From: Streptosporangiaceae bacterium | GTDB lineage: Bacteria > Actinomycetota > Actinomycetes > Streptosporangiales > Streptosporangiaceae | Direction of reading: 5' to 3' | DNA length: 64,000 bases | NCBI GenBank assembly: GCA_052143255.1 | Contig: JBKQTJ010000129.1 | Span: 210 to 64,209 of the forward strand | Shown: positions 18,671-29,450 of the stretch, in pieces | Layout: every line of letters begins with the position of its first letter | Position numbering within the stretch: position 1 is the first letter of the stretch | Made by a program: the position numbers and the translations under genes | The notes under the pieces: generated by a model | The model's input: only the letters and a program-made list of their open reading frames with translations | What the model was told of the DNA's origin: nothing | The model's database searches: none

Positions 18671-19869
18671 CAGCTGCCTCTCGGCAGCCCGAGTACTCGC
18701 TCGGCGATGACCGTACGCTGGATCTCGTTCGTGCCCGCGTAGATAGGGCCGGCCAGCGCGAACAGGTAGCCGTCCAGCCAGCGCCGGCCCGCTGCCCGCG
18801 GATCCGTGCGCTCGGCCAGCGGTCCGAGCAGGTCAAGGGCGGTTTCGTGGATGGCAAGGTCGAGCTCTGACCAGTAGACCTTGCCCAGGCTGGACTGTGC
18901 ACCCGCTGACATGGCTGCCGCTGACCCGGCTGCCGCTGACCGGGCACCCGCCGCGCCGCCGCCGTCGGTCTCGCTGGCGATCCGGTAACCAGCCAGCTGA
19001 TAGGCACGGGCGCCGATCCAGGCGTCCGCGACCCGCTCGGCCAGCGCGGTGTCGGCCGGATCGCCGTGTTGCAGCCATAGCTCGGTTAGTCTCGCCGCAG
19101 CTGCCATGAACCGGCCAGGGCTGCGCAACGACAGGCCGCGTTCGTGCCCGGCCGAGCTCATGGCGACGCGCCAGCCGTCGCCTGGCTCGCCGATCACGTC
19201 GACGTCGGGCACGAAGACGTCATCAAGGAAGATCTCCGCGAAGCCCGCTTCGCCGTCGAGTTGCGCGATCGGCCGCACCGTGACCCCGTCGGCGTGCAGG
19301 CCGAACATCAGGTACGTCAGCCCCCGGTGCCGCTCTGCCGTTGGATCGGATCGGAACAGCCCGAAGGCACGATCGGCGAACACCGCCCGCGAACTCCACG
19401 TCTTCTGACCGGACAGGAGCCAGCCGCCGTCCGTCCGTACCGCGCGGGACCGGATCGCCGCCAGGTCGCTGCCGGCTTCCGGCTCGGACCAGGCCTGCGC
19501 CCAGACCTCCTCGGCTCGGCCCATTCTCGCCAGGATCCGGGTTCGCTGCTCGGCAGTGCCGTGCGCGAACAGGGTCGGAGCCAGCACGAAGAGCCCGTTC
19601 TGCCCGACCCGCACCGGCCCGCCTGCCGCGTGGTACTCCTCCTCAAAGACCAGCCACTCCAGTAGCGAGGCGCCCCGTCCGCCGAACTCGGCCGGCCAGG
19701 ACACCGCGGCGAGACGGGCCTCGGCAAGCTCGGCCTCCCACTCACGGTGCAGGGCGAAGCCAGCGGCCGTGTCGACTGACGGCATCGGGCCGGCGGGCAC
19801 GTGGTCGGCCAGCCACCGGGCGACCTCGGCGCGGAAGTCCTGCAACTGCGGATCGAAGTCGAGATTCAC
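18670..19869 (-). CDS. Acyl-CoA dehydrogenase family protein
   Basis: I chose the GTG at 19869 because it overlaps the echA stop (GTGA). Motifs are EFGGRGAS and WSEPEAGSDLA. Confidence 0.8.
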   Translation of the reverse strand: MNLDFDPQLQDFRAEVARWLADHVPAGPMPSVDTAAGFALHREWEAELAEARLAAVSWPAEFGGRGASLLEWLVFEEEYHAAGGPVRVGQNGLFVLAPTLFAHGTAEQRTRILARMGRAEEVWAQAWSEPEAGSDLAAIRSRAVRTDGGWLLSGQKTWSSRAVFADRAFGLFRSDPTAERHRGLTYLMFGLHADGVTVRPIAQLDGEAGFAEIFLDDVFVPDVDVIGEPGDGWRVAMSSAGHERGLSLRSPGRFMAAAARLTELWLQHGDPADTALAERVADAWIGARAYQLAGYRIASETDGGGAAGARSAAAGSAAAMSAGAQSSLGKVYWSELDLAIHETALDLLGPLAERTDPRAAGRRWLDGYLFALAGPIYAGTNEIQRTVIAERVLGLPRGS

Positions 19870-20750
19870 CCGGAAGCCTTCTTCATGGTCCGGGCGTTCA
19901 TCCCGGCCAGGGAATCGGCGCCGGTCTCGGCATTGTGCGCGTGTGCCACGTGGTGCAGGCCGAATACCGAGTCCATGCCGTTGCGCATGCCCATCTGGTC
20001 CTCGCACTGATTGACCGCGCGCTTGGCCAGCGCCAGCCCGAAGGCCGGCATTCCCGCTATCCGGTCCGCGAGCGCGAACGTAGCGGGTGCTAGCTCGGCC
20101 CGCGGCACGACCCGGCTGACCATGCCCAGCTGGTAGGCGCGCGCGGCGTCGAACCGGTCACCGGTGAACAGCATCTCCTTGGCGAACCTTGGCCCGAGCG
20201 CCCAGGGATGAGCGAAGTACTCCACGCCAGGGATGCCCATCCTGACCACCGGGTCGGCAAAGAAGGCATCGTCGGACGCCACGATGAGGTCGCAGACCCA
20301 GGCGAGCATGAGCCCGCCGGCGATGCAGGCGCCTTGCACCATCGCGATCGACGGCTTGGGTATCTCCCGCCACCGTCGGCACATGCCGAGGTAGACCTCC
20401 ATCTCCCTGGCGTACCTGTTGTCGGCGCCCTGCTTGCCGACATGGTCCCACCACATAACGGCCTTGCGCTCGAACGAAACGTCAATGTCGCGTCCGGGCG
20501 TGCCGATGTCATGTCCGGCGCAGAAGTGGTCACCCTCGCCTGCCAGTACCAGGACGGCGACGTCGTCATCGTTCACTGCCCGGGCGAACGCGGCATCCAG
20601 CGCGTACGTCACCGCCGAATTCTGCGCATTGCGGTAACGAGGACGGTTCAAGGTGATCACCGCCGTTCGCCCGCGGGTTTCGTAGCGGACGACGTCGGTC
20701 TCGGCCATGCCGTCCTGCGCCCGGCCGTCGCTGGCTGCTTTCGCCGTCAT
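19866..20750 (-). CDS. Enoyl-CoA hydratase/isomerase (crotonase) family
   Basis: 294 aa with AVITLNRP...FCAGHDIG. It shares an ATGA overlap with the upstream synthetase. Confidence 0.8.
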   Translation of the reverse strand: MTAKAASDGRAQDGMAETDVVRYETRGRTAVITLNRPRYRNAQNSAVTYALDAAFARAVNDDDVAVLVLAGEGDHFCAGHDIGTPGRDIDVSFERKAVMWWDHVGKQGADNRYAREMEVYLGMCRRWREIPKPSIAMVQGACIAGGLMLAWVCDLIVASDDAFFADPVVRMGIPGVEYFAHPWALGPRFAKEMLFTGDRFDAARAYQLGMVSRVVPRAELAPATFALADRIAGMPAFGLALAKRAVNQCEDQMGMRNGMDSVFGLHHVAHAHNAETGADSLAGMNARTMKKASG

Positions 20751-22366
20751 CGGGACTCCTCCCTCAGCAGCCGCTTGAGCGGCTTGCCCGCTGGGTTACG
20801 TGGCAGCTCGGTCCGGAACTCGACCTGCCGCGGCACCTTGAAGTTCGCTAGTCGCTCGCGGCAATGTGCTAGCACCGTTGCCTCGGTCAGCTGCCGGCCT
20901 GGCTTGGCAACGACGAACGCCTTGCCGACCTCGCCAAGCCGGCGGTCAGGCACGCCGATAACTGCCGACTCCGCTATCCCGTCCAGCCGGGCGAGCACCT
21001 GCTCGACCTCGGCGGGGTAAACGTTGAACCCGCCGCAGATGTACATGTCCTTGAGCCGGTCGGTGATGGTCAGGTAACCACCGGCATCCAGGCTGCCGAC
21101 ATCGCCGGTGTGCAGCCAGCCGCCCGCGTCGATGGCCTCCTTGGTGGCGGCCGGATCGTCGCAGTAGCCGAGCATCACGTTCGGGCCGCGCAGCAGTATC
21201 TCGCCTACCTCAGCCGATTCGGCATGGCTTTGCCAGCCAGTGTCCGGCCCGGGTAGCGCCAGCCGGATCTCGAAGCCGGCCGTGGCCCGGCCCGAGGTGG
21301 TAGCGACGAGGCGAGCCGGATCACCCGGCCTGCACATGGTTGCCACGACCGCCTCGGTCAGCCCGTAGGCGGTGAGCACGGTATCGAAGCTCAGCTCAGA
21401 CTGCATTCGCTCGACGAGCGCGACCGGCACGACGGCCGCGCCGGTAACGGCCAGCCGCAGGCTGGACAGATCGTGACTGCCGCGGCCGGGATGGTCCAGG
21501 ATCGTCTGGTAAATGGTTGGGGCGCCGGGCAGCACGGTGATCCGCTCCGTCTCGATCAGGCGCATGGTCTGCTCAGGGTCAAACATGAGTTGCGGCACGA
21601 TGGTCGCGCCAGTCAGCAGGCAGACGAGGATGCCCGCCTTGTAGCCGAAGCTGTGAAAGAACGGGTTCAGCACGAGGTACCGATCGCTCAAGGTGACCTC
21701 GCCGCAGTCGGCCCAGGCCCCGGCGACGGCGAGCGCCTGCCGGTGCGAGCTCATCGCGCCCTTGCTCCGGCCGGTCGTACCGGAGGTGAACAAGATATCG
21801 CTGACATCGTCCGGGCTGATGGCCTTCGCGCGGGCCGCGGCGACCGTCCTCGGCGCGGCTGCGGCCCGCCGTTCCAGGTCGGCCCAGTCCCAGCTGGCAA
21901 CGCCCGGCCAGGTCATGTCTTCCGCCGGTGCCGGGCCAGCTACCGGAATGCGGGTGATCAGCCGCAGGCTGCGCAGCTGGCCCGGCTCGGCCCGGTCTGC
22001 GGCGCACAGCGCGGACAGCCGGTCGACGCCAACGAACGGGCCGGCCACGAACAGCGCGGTCGCGCGGCTGCGGCCGATGATGTCCAGCGCTTCCGGGCCG
22101 GTGAACCTAGTGTTGACCGGAACCAACGTGGCGCCGGCACAAAGCGTGCCGAGCGCAGCGAGCACCCACTGGTGCGTATTCGGCGACCAGATCGCCACCC
22201 GGTCGCCGGCCTCGATCCCGGCCTCGGCCAGCGCGGCAGCGATTCCGGTGGCCCTGTCGGCCAGCTCGCGGTAGACCAGCCGCGGCCCGCCAGGCTCTGT
22301 GATCGCGGTCTGGTCGCCGAAACGGCTGGCCGCCTGATCCAGGGCAGCCGGGATCGTCAATCTCAC
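20747..22366 (-). CDS. AMP-dependent acyl-CoA synthetase (FadD3-like by position)
   Basis: 539 aa with the AMP motif FTSGTTGRSKG. It has a GTG start with a GAGGAG RBS. It is divergent from an ACAD-SDR pair, as in Mtb fadD3 versus fadE30-Rv3559c. Confidence 0.8.
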   Translation of the reverse strand: MRLTIPAALDQAASRFGDQTAITEPGGPRLVYRELADRATGIAAALAEAGIEAGDRVAIWSPNTHQWVLAALGTLCAGATLVPVNTRFTGPEALDIIGRSRATALFVAGPFVGVDRLSALCAADRAEPGQLRSLRLITRIPVAGPAPAEDMTWPGVASWDWADLERRAAAAPRTVAAARAKAISPDDVSDILFTSGTTGRSKGAMSSHRQALAVAGAWADCGEVTLSDRYLVLNPFFHSFGYKAGILVCLLTGATIVPQLMFDPEQTMRLIETERITVLPGAPTIYQTILDHPGRGSHDLSSLRLAVTGAAVVPVALVERMQSELSFDTVLTAYGLTEAVVATMCRPGDPARLVATTSGRATAGFEIRLALPGPDTGWQSHAESAEVGEILLRGPNVMLGYCDDPAATKEAIDAGGWLHTGDVGSLDAGGYLTITDRLKDMYICGGFNVYPAEVEQVLARLDGIAESAVIGVPDRRLGEVGKAFVVAKPGRQLTEATVLAHCRERLANFKVPRQVEFRTELPRNPAGKPLKRLLREESR

Positions 22367-22384
22367 CGGGGCTCCTCAAAAACA

Positions 22385-22398
22385 AGCAAGTGCTTGGT
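22385..22398. promoter_or_regulatory. KstR2-type operator candidate
   Basis: AGCAAGTGCTTGGT fits my remembered KstR2 consensus AnCAAGnnCTTGnT at all constrained positions. It is embedded in the 6-2-6 palindrome CAAGCAagTGCTTG (22383-22396), 6 nt upstream of the synthetase RBS. Confidence 0.5.
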
Positions 22399-22466
22399 AG
22401 GTAGAGACTAACGTCCGAAGCCTTTCGCAGCCACCGCCACCGACCGTGCATGATCTCGGCCGGCAC

Positions 22467-22478
22467 AAGCACGTGCTT
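22467..22478. promoter_or_regulatory. Second related palindrome AAGCACGTGCTT
   Basis: This is a perfect 12-bp palindrome. It shares ACAAGCAnGTGCTT with the first site but is a weaker match to the KstR2 consensus. Confidence 0.35.
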
Positions 22479-22630
22479 CGCCGAGACGAGCAGGCCGGCG
22501 CCGGTCGCCGGCACCGGCCTGGCCTTTCTCGCGCCAAGCTCGGCCGCGACCTCGGGTTGGTAGGCTGCCGCTACCTGCGCGGCGCGACGAGGGGCGCCTG
22601 GCGCTGCAGGCATGGGCCAGTTCGGAGGAC

Positions 22631-23824
22631 TTGGTGCAGCTGACCGCGGCGGATGAGGCATTCCGCGGTCAGGTGCGCGGCTGGCTTACGCAGAATCTGT
22701 CCGGCCAGTTCGCGGACCTGCGCGGGCTGGGCGGCCCCGGTCGCGAGCACGAGCATTTCGCCGAGCGGCTGGCGTGGAGCAGGCACCTGGCGGCGAGCGG
22801 CTGGACCTGCCTCGGCTGGCCGCCCGAGCATGGCGGCCGCGGCGCGAGCCTGGCTCAGCAGGTTATCTTCCACGAGGAGTACGCCCGCAGCGGCGCCCCG
22901 GCCAAGGTCGCCCATATGGGCGAGGAACTGCTCGGGCCGACGCTGATCGCCTTCGGCACGCCGGCGCAGCAGCAGCGGTTCCTGCGGCCGATCGCGGAGG
23001 TCCGCGAGCTGTGGTGCCAGGGCTACTCTGAGCCCGGCGCTGGCTCGGACCTCGCCTCGATCCGCACCTCGGCGGTGCTCGACGGCGACCGCTGGATCAT
23101 CACCGGCCAGAAGGTCTGGACCTCGCTGGCCACGGTGGCCGACTGGTGCTTCCTGCTGGCTCGGACCGACACTGGCACCAGCAGGTCAGCCGGGCTGTCC
23201 TACCTGCTAGTGCCGATGCGGCAAGCTGGCATCGAAGTGCGGCCGATACGCCAGCTGACGGGCACATCGGAGTTCAACGAGGTCTTCTTCGACGGCGCTC
23301 GGACTGCCGCCGACATGGTCGTTGGCGAGCCCGGCGGCGGCTGGCGGATCGCGATGGCGACGCTGGCCATCGAGCGCGGTGTGTCAACCCTCGGCCAGCA
23401 GGTCGGCTACCAGCGTGAGCTGGCGGCATTGATGTCAGCGGCTCGCGAGAACGGTGCGGCCCGCAACCCGCTGCTGCGCGATCGGCTCGCCAGGGCGTGG
23501 ATCGGATTGCAGGTCATGAGAGAGCAGGTGCTGACAATGCTGGAAGGCGCTGGCGATGTCGGTATCGCTCCGGACCCGGCGGCACCCGACGCATCGGTGG
23601 TGAAACTGCTCTGGTCACGGTGGCACAGGGAACTCGGCGAGCTAGCCATGGAGGTACTCGGCCCGGCGTCGATGGTGGCGCACGGACCCCCGTATGACCT
23701 GGACGACTGGCAACGGCTGTACCTGTTCAGCCGGGCCGACACGATCTACGGCGGGTCACAGGAGATCCAGCAGGGCATCATCGCCGACCGGGCGCTCGGC
23801 CTGCCCAGGCAGGGCCGGCCATGA
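22631..23824 (+). CDS. Acyl-CoA dehydrogenase (FadE30-like by position)
   Basis: 397 aa with GYSEPGAGSDLAS. The RBS is GGAGGA-cttg-GTG. Confidence 0.8.
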   Translation: MVQLTAADEAFRGQVRGWLTQNLSGQFADLRGLGGPGREHEHFAERLAWSRHLAASGWTCLGWPPEHGGRGASLAQQVIFHEEYARSGAPAKVAHMGEELLGPTLIAFGTPAQQQRFLRPIAEVRELWCQGYSEPGAGSDLASIRTSAVLDGDRWIITGQKVWTSLATVADWCFLLARTDTGTSRSAGLSYLLVPMRQAGIEVRPIRQLTGTSEFNEVFFDGARTAADMVVGEPGGGWRIAMATLAIERGVSTLGQQVGYQRELAALMSAARENGAARNPLLRDRLARAWIGLQVMREQVLTMLEGAGDVGIAPDPAAPDASVVKLLWSRWHRELGELAMEVLGPASMVAHGPPYDLDDWQRLYLFSRADTIYGGSQEIQQGIIADRALGLPRQGRP

Positions 23825-24612
23825 CGACGGCGGGCGGACTGCCGGTTCCGCCAGCAGGTCACGAGCTACTGGCCGGGAAGGTCGTGGTGATCACCGCCGC
23901 GGCGGGGGCGGGCATCGGCTCGGCGACTGCGAGCCGGTGCCTGCAGGAAGGGGCAAGGGTGCTGATCAGCGATCAGCACGAAGGCAGGCTGGCCGCGTTC
24001 GCTGACACGCTCACCGCAGAGTACGGCGAGCGCGTCTGGTCGGCCGCTTGCGACGTGACCAGCGGGGCTGCCGTGACGGCCCTGGTGGCCGAGGCGGTCA
24101 GCCACTTCGGCCGGCTCGATATCATGATCAACAACGCTGGCCTCGGCGGCACGTGCTCGGTACTGGACATGTCCGATGCCGACTGGCTGCGGGTGCTCGA
24201 CATCACCCTGAACGGCACGTTCCGCTGCACCCGGGCCGCGCTTCGCCAGATGGTCGCGCAGGGACACGGCGGCGTCGTGGTCAACAATGCCTCGGTGCTT
24301 GGCTGGCGCGCGCAGCAAGGGCAGGCGCATTACGCCGCCGCCAAGGCGGGCGTGATGGCCCTGACCAGGTGCGCGGCCATGGACGTGGCCAGTCACGGCA
24401 TCCGCGTTAACGCGGTGGCACCGAGCCTTGCCACCCACCCGTTCCTCGCCAAGGTCATGAGCGAGGACCTGCTCGCCGAGCTGGCCAGCCGGGAGGCCTT
24501 CGGCCGCGGCGCCGAGCCGTGGGAGATAGCCAGCGTCATCGCCTTCCTGGCCAGTGACTATGCCTCGTACCTGACTGGCGAGGTCATCTCGGTCAGCAGC
24601 CAGCGGGCCTGA
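23821..24612 (+). CDS. Short-chain dehydrogenase/reductase (Rv3559c/IpdF-like by position)
   Basis: 263 aa with ITAAAGAGIGSATA and YAAAKAG. It shares a 4-nt overlap with the upstream ACAD. Confidence 0.8.
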   Translation: MTTAGGLPVPPAGHELLAGKVVVITAAAGAGIGSATASRCLQEGARVLISDQHEGRLAAFADTLTAEYGERVWSAACDVTSGAAVTALVAEAVSHFGRLDIMINNAGLGGTCSVLDMSDADWLRVLDITLNGTFRCTRAALRQMVAQGHGGVVVNNASVLGWRAQQGQAHYAAAKAGVMALTRCAAMDVASHGIRVNAVAPSLATHPFLAKVMSEDLLAELASREAFGRGAEPWEIASVIAFLASDYASYLTGEVISVSSQRA

Positions 24613-24674
24613 GCTGGCAGTACTGGCCGGAGAGTGATCTTTGGCCCGGCACTGGCAAGCCTGCGACGGAGCCG

Positions 24675-25895
<1,221 letters not shown>

Positions 25896-25901
25896 TCATA
25901 G

Positions 25902-25915
25902 TAGAACGTGTTCTT
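25902..25915. promoter_or_regulatory. KstR-type operator (fadA5 side)
   Basis: TAGAACGTGTTCTT matches the consensus except at the last position. Confidence 0.6.
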
Positions 25916-25970
25916 GAAAATTCGAGCCCAAGCCAGTTCACCGCGGGCTCGCCGCGTGCTTCAATCCCAC

Positions 25971-25984
25971 TAGAACACGTTACA
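25971..25984. promoter_or_regulatory. KstR-type operator (cyp125 side)
   Basis: TAGAACACGTTACA lies 17 nt upstream of the cyp125 ATG. Confidence 0.7.
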
Positions 25985-26000
25985 GATCGGAAGGCCCGTC

Positions 26001-27224
26001 ATGGCTCAGCCGCGGATAGCGCCAGGCTTCGACTTGACCGATCCTGACCTGTACTCCCGCCGGGTGCCGCACGAAGAGCTGGCCGAGCTGCGCAGGTCAG
26101 CACCGGTCTGGTGGAATCCGCAGCCGACCGACATCGGCTTCAACGATGACGGTTTCTGGGCAGTGACCCGGCACAAGGACGTCGTTGCCGTGTCCCGCGA
26201 CAGCGAGACCTTCTGCAGTGCAGAGAACAGCGCGATCATCAGGTTCGTCAGCGGCACGACTCGCGAGCAGATCGAGATGCAGCGGGTCATCATGCTGAAC
26301 ATCGACCCGCCCCAGCACACCAAGCTGCGGGGCATCGTGTCCCGTGGCTTCACCCCGCGGGCCATCAGCGGCCTGCGCGACGTACTGGCCGCACGGGCCG
26401 AGAAGATCGTCGCTACCGCGCTGGCAGAAGGCACTGGGGACTTCGTTACCGATGTAGCGTGCGAGCTGCCGCTGCAGGCCATCGCCGAGCTGCTCGGCGT
26501 GCCGCAGGAGGACAGGCACAAGCTGTTCTCCTGGTCCAACGAGATGGTGGGTTACGACGACCCGGAATACACCGGGGACGGCGAGAATGCGGCGGCCGAG
26601 ATCCTCGGCTACAGCATGGTCATGGCCGAGGACCGGCGCGCCTGCCCCCGTGACGACATCGTCACCAAGCTCGTGCATGCCCAGGTAGACGGCGGCGAGC
26701 TGAGCTCCGACGAGTTCGGCTTCTTCGTCATCCTGCTGTCGGTCGCAGGGAACGAGACCACCAGGAACGCGATCTCGCATGGCATGCTGGCTTTCCTCGA
26801 CAACCCGGACCAGTGGGAGCTCTACAAGGCGCAGCGACCGGAGACGGCCACCGACGAGATCGTCCGGTGGGCCACCCCGGTCACGGTATTCCAGCGGACC
26901 GCGACCAGGGACACTCAACTAGGCGGCCAGGAGATCAAGGCCGGCCAGCGGGTCGGGCTGTTCTACCGGTCGGCAAACTTTGACGAGGAAGTCTTCGACC
27001 AGCCTGAGCAGTTCAACGTGCTGCGCAATCCGAACCCGCACGTCGGCTTCGGCGGCACCGGGGCGCACTACTGCCTCGGCGTGAACCTGGCCAAGCTGGA
27101 GATCGACCTGATGTTCAACGCGATAGCCGACGCCATGCCGGACATCAGCAAGGCAGGCGATCCGCAGCGGCTACGGTCAGGCTGGCTCAACGGCGTCAAG
27201 CGCCTTCCGGTCAGCTACCGCTAG
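26001..27224 (+). CDS. cyp125: Cytochrome P450, steroid C26-monooxygenase type
   Basis: 407 aa with heme loop FGGTGAHYCLG and I-helix SVAGNETTRN. The KstR box and synteny with fadA5 support the call. Confidence 0.8.
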   Translation: MAQPRIAPGFDLTDPDLYSRRVPHEELAELRRSAPVWWNPQPTDIGFNDDGFWAVTRHKDVVAVSRDSETFCSAENSAIIRFVSGTTREQIEMQRVIMLNIDPPQHTKLRGIVSRGFTPRAISGLRDVLAARAEKIVATALAEGTGDFVTDVACELPLQAIAELLGVPQEDRHKLFSWSNEMVGYDDPEYTGDGENAAAEILGYSMVMAEDRRACPRDDIVTKLVHAQVDGGELSSDEFGFFVILLSVAGNETTRNAISHGMLAFLDNPDQWELYKAQRPETATDEIVRWATPVTVFQRTATRDTQLGGQEIKAGQRVGLFYRSANFDEEVFDQPEQFNVLRNPNPHVGFGGTGAHYCLGVNLAKLEIDLMFNAIADAMPDISKAGDPQRLRSGWLNGVKRLPVSYR

Positions 27225-27234
27225 GGCCGGCTGC

Positions 27235-28392
27235 TCAGTCCGGGGTGTCGGCGACCACCCACATCGAGAAGTACTGCGAGCCGCCCCCATAGGCATGCCC
27301 GAGCGCGGTCCGCGCGCCAGCCACCTGGTGCTCGCCCGCCGTGCCCATCACCTGCATCGCGGACTCGGCGAACCGGAGCAGCCCGGAGGCTCCGATCGGG
27401 TTTGAGCACAGCACACCGCCAGAAGGGTTGACCGGGATCAGCCCGCCGATCTCGGTCTCGCCCGCCTCAGTCAGCTTCCAGCCGTCGCTGGCGGCCGCAA
27501 AGCCCAGGTTCTCCAGCCACATCGGCTCGAACCAGGAGAAGGGAACGTAGATCTCGGCGACATCGATCTGGTCAACCGGGCTGCTGATTCCGGCGGCATG
27601 CCAGAGCGCCGCGGCCGCATCAGCACCGGCGCGCGGGCTCACGTTGTCCTTGCCGGAGAACATGGTCGGCTCGGTCCGCATCGACGTAGCCCGGATCCAG
27701 GCAACCGGCCGGCCGGCTGCTTCGGCAGCCACCTGGTCCCCGATCACCACGGCGCACGCGCCGTCAGACGACGGACAGGTCTCGTCGTAGCGGACCGGGT
27801 CCCACAGCATCGGCGATGCCTGCACCGTCTCCAGCGTGATGTCAGGCTGCTGGAGGTGGGCGTAGGGGTTCCGGGCGCCGTTGCGGCGATCCTTGACCGC
27901 CACCATCGCGCCGATGTGGCGCGGCGCCCCGCTGCGCCTGATGTAGGAGCGGATGTGCGGTGCGAAGTAGCCGCCGGCCCCAGCCAGCAGCGGCATCGCG
28001 AACGGCGGCATGATCGACAGCGCCCACATGGCGTTGGACTCCGACTGCTTCTCGAAGGCGACCGCCAGCACCCGCCGGTGCAAGCCGGCCTGCACAAGGC
28101 TGGCCGCGACTACGCCGGTGGCCCCGCCGACCGACCCGGCCGTGTGCACCCGCAGCAGCGGCTTGCCGACCGCGCCGAGGGCGTCAGCCAGGTACAGCTC
28201 GGGCATCATGACGCCCTCAAACAGGTCCGGCGCCTTGCCGACGACCACGGCGTCGATGTCAGCCAGGGCTACGCCCGCGTCGACGAGCGCGCGGTCAACC
28301 GCCTCCCGGCACAGGCCGGCGATCGATACGTCCGGCCGCTTACTGCGGTGCTGGGTCTGGCCCGTGCCGAGCACGGCCGCCCGCTGCTTCAT
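27235..28392 (-). CDS. ltp3: Thiolase-like lipid-transfer protein (Ltp3-like)
   Basis: 385 aa counted from the ATG at 28392, which shares an ATGA overlap with the upstream gene. It has an SCP-x/thiolase-like fold. Order and sizes match Mtb Rv3521-ltp4-ltp3 (303/354/394 aa, from memory). Confidence 0.7.
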   Translation of the reverse strand: MKQRAAVLGTGQTQHRSKRPDVSIAGLCREAVDRALVDAGVALADIDAVVVGKAPDLFEGVMMPELYLADALGAVGKPLLRVHTAGSVGGATGVVAASLVQAGLHRRVLAVAFEKQSESNAMWALSIMPPFAMPLLAGAGGYFAPHIRSYIRRSGAPRHIGAMVAVKDRRNGARNPYAHLQQPDITLETVQASPMLWDPVRYDETCPSSDGACAVVIGDQVAAEAAGRPVAWIRATSMRTEPTMFSGKDNVSPRAGADAAAALWHAAGISSPVDQIDVAEIYVPFSWFEPMWLENLGFAAASDGWKLTEAGETEIGGLIPVNPSGGVLCSNPIGASGLLRFAESAMQVMGTAGEHQVAGARTALGHAYGGGSQYFSMWVVADTPD

Positions 28393-29441
28393 CGCGCCTC
28401 CATCACGCAGACGAGGTTCTGCTGCAGGGCCGGGCCGCTGGTCGCATGGCCGAGCGCCCGGCTGGCCGCGCCGGAGCTGACCTGCCGGGCGGCGTGACCG
28501 ATGCGCGCCAGCCCGGCCGCGAACATCGGATTGCCGCAAAGCGCGCCGCCGGACGGACTTACCCGCGCCGAACCGGGGAGCTTGAGCGCAGCACGCAGCA
28601 CCAGCTCCTGATGGGTGAACGGCGCGTGCAGTTCGGCGACTTCGACGCCCGCGGCTCCGGCAGCAGCGCCAGCCGCGGCCGCCGACGGCGCCGTCGTCAG
28701 GTCGCGGGCGCCGAGCGCCCCCGAGTCGATCCGGTGCTCGAAGCCAGCGATCCAGGCTGGGCGTTCGCACAGCTCGCGCGCGCGGTCAGCGGTGGCGATG
28801 ATCACGACCGCGGCGCCGTCGGTGATCGGCGCGCAGTCATGGGCGCGCAGCGGATCCGCGAGGTAAGGCCGGCTGAGCAGATCGTCGGCGCTGACATCGC
28901 CGGACAGCTGGGCGGCCGGGTTGGACGCGGCGGCCGCCCGGCTAGCGGCCGCGACCTCGGCCATGCGCCGTTCCGTCCACAATCCTTTTTCCAGCCCGAG
29001 CCGTGCCTGCAGCGCGGCGATGCTCACCGAGTCCGGCCACAGCGGCGCCGCGAGATACGGATCGAGCTGCAGCGCCAGCACCCGGCGCAAGTCGCCCGCG
29101 GACGACTTGCCGAAGCCGTATGCGAGCGCGATGTCGGCGTCGCCGGCCAGCACCTTGACCCAGGCCTCATACAGTGCCCAGGCCCCGTCCATCTCCACGT
29201 GCGACTCCATGACGGGCGGGAACGCGCCGATCGCGTCGACCGCCGAGACGAAGGAGAAGGCCCGGCCGGCCAGGTAGTCGGAGGACCCCGAGCACCAGAA
29301 GCCGATGTCATTCTTAGTCAGCCCGGTCTGGTCAAGTACCTCGCGGAATATCGGCACCAGCATCTCGACGCCGTTGGTGGTGCCGTCGGTCCGCCGCACG
29401 TTCGGCGCCTCGGCGAAACCGATCACGGCAACGTCACTCAC
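28389..29441 (-). CDS. ltp4: Thiolase-like lipid-transfer protein (Ltp4-like)
   Basis: 350 aa, thiolase-like, middle gene of the triad. Confidence 0.7.
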   Translation of the reverse strand: MSDVAVIGFAEAPNVRRTDGTTNGVEMLVPIFREVLDQTGLTKNDIGFWCSGSSDYLAGRAFSFVSAVDAIGAFPPVMESHVEMDGAWALYEAWVKVLAGDADIALAYGFGKSSAGDLRRVLALQLDPYLAAPLWPDSVSIAALQARLGLEKGLWTERRMAEVAAASRAAAASNPAAQLSGDVSADDLLSRPYLADPLRAHDCAPITDGAAVVIIATADRARELCERPAWIAGFEHRIDSGALGARDLTTAPSAAAAGAAAGAAGVEVAELHAPFTHQELVLRAALKLPGSARVSPSGGALCGNPMFAAGLARIGHAARQVSSGAASRALGHATSGPALQQNLVCVMEAR

Positions 29442-29450
29442 GTGCTGTCC

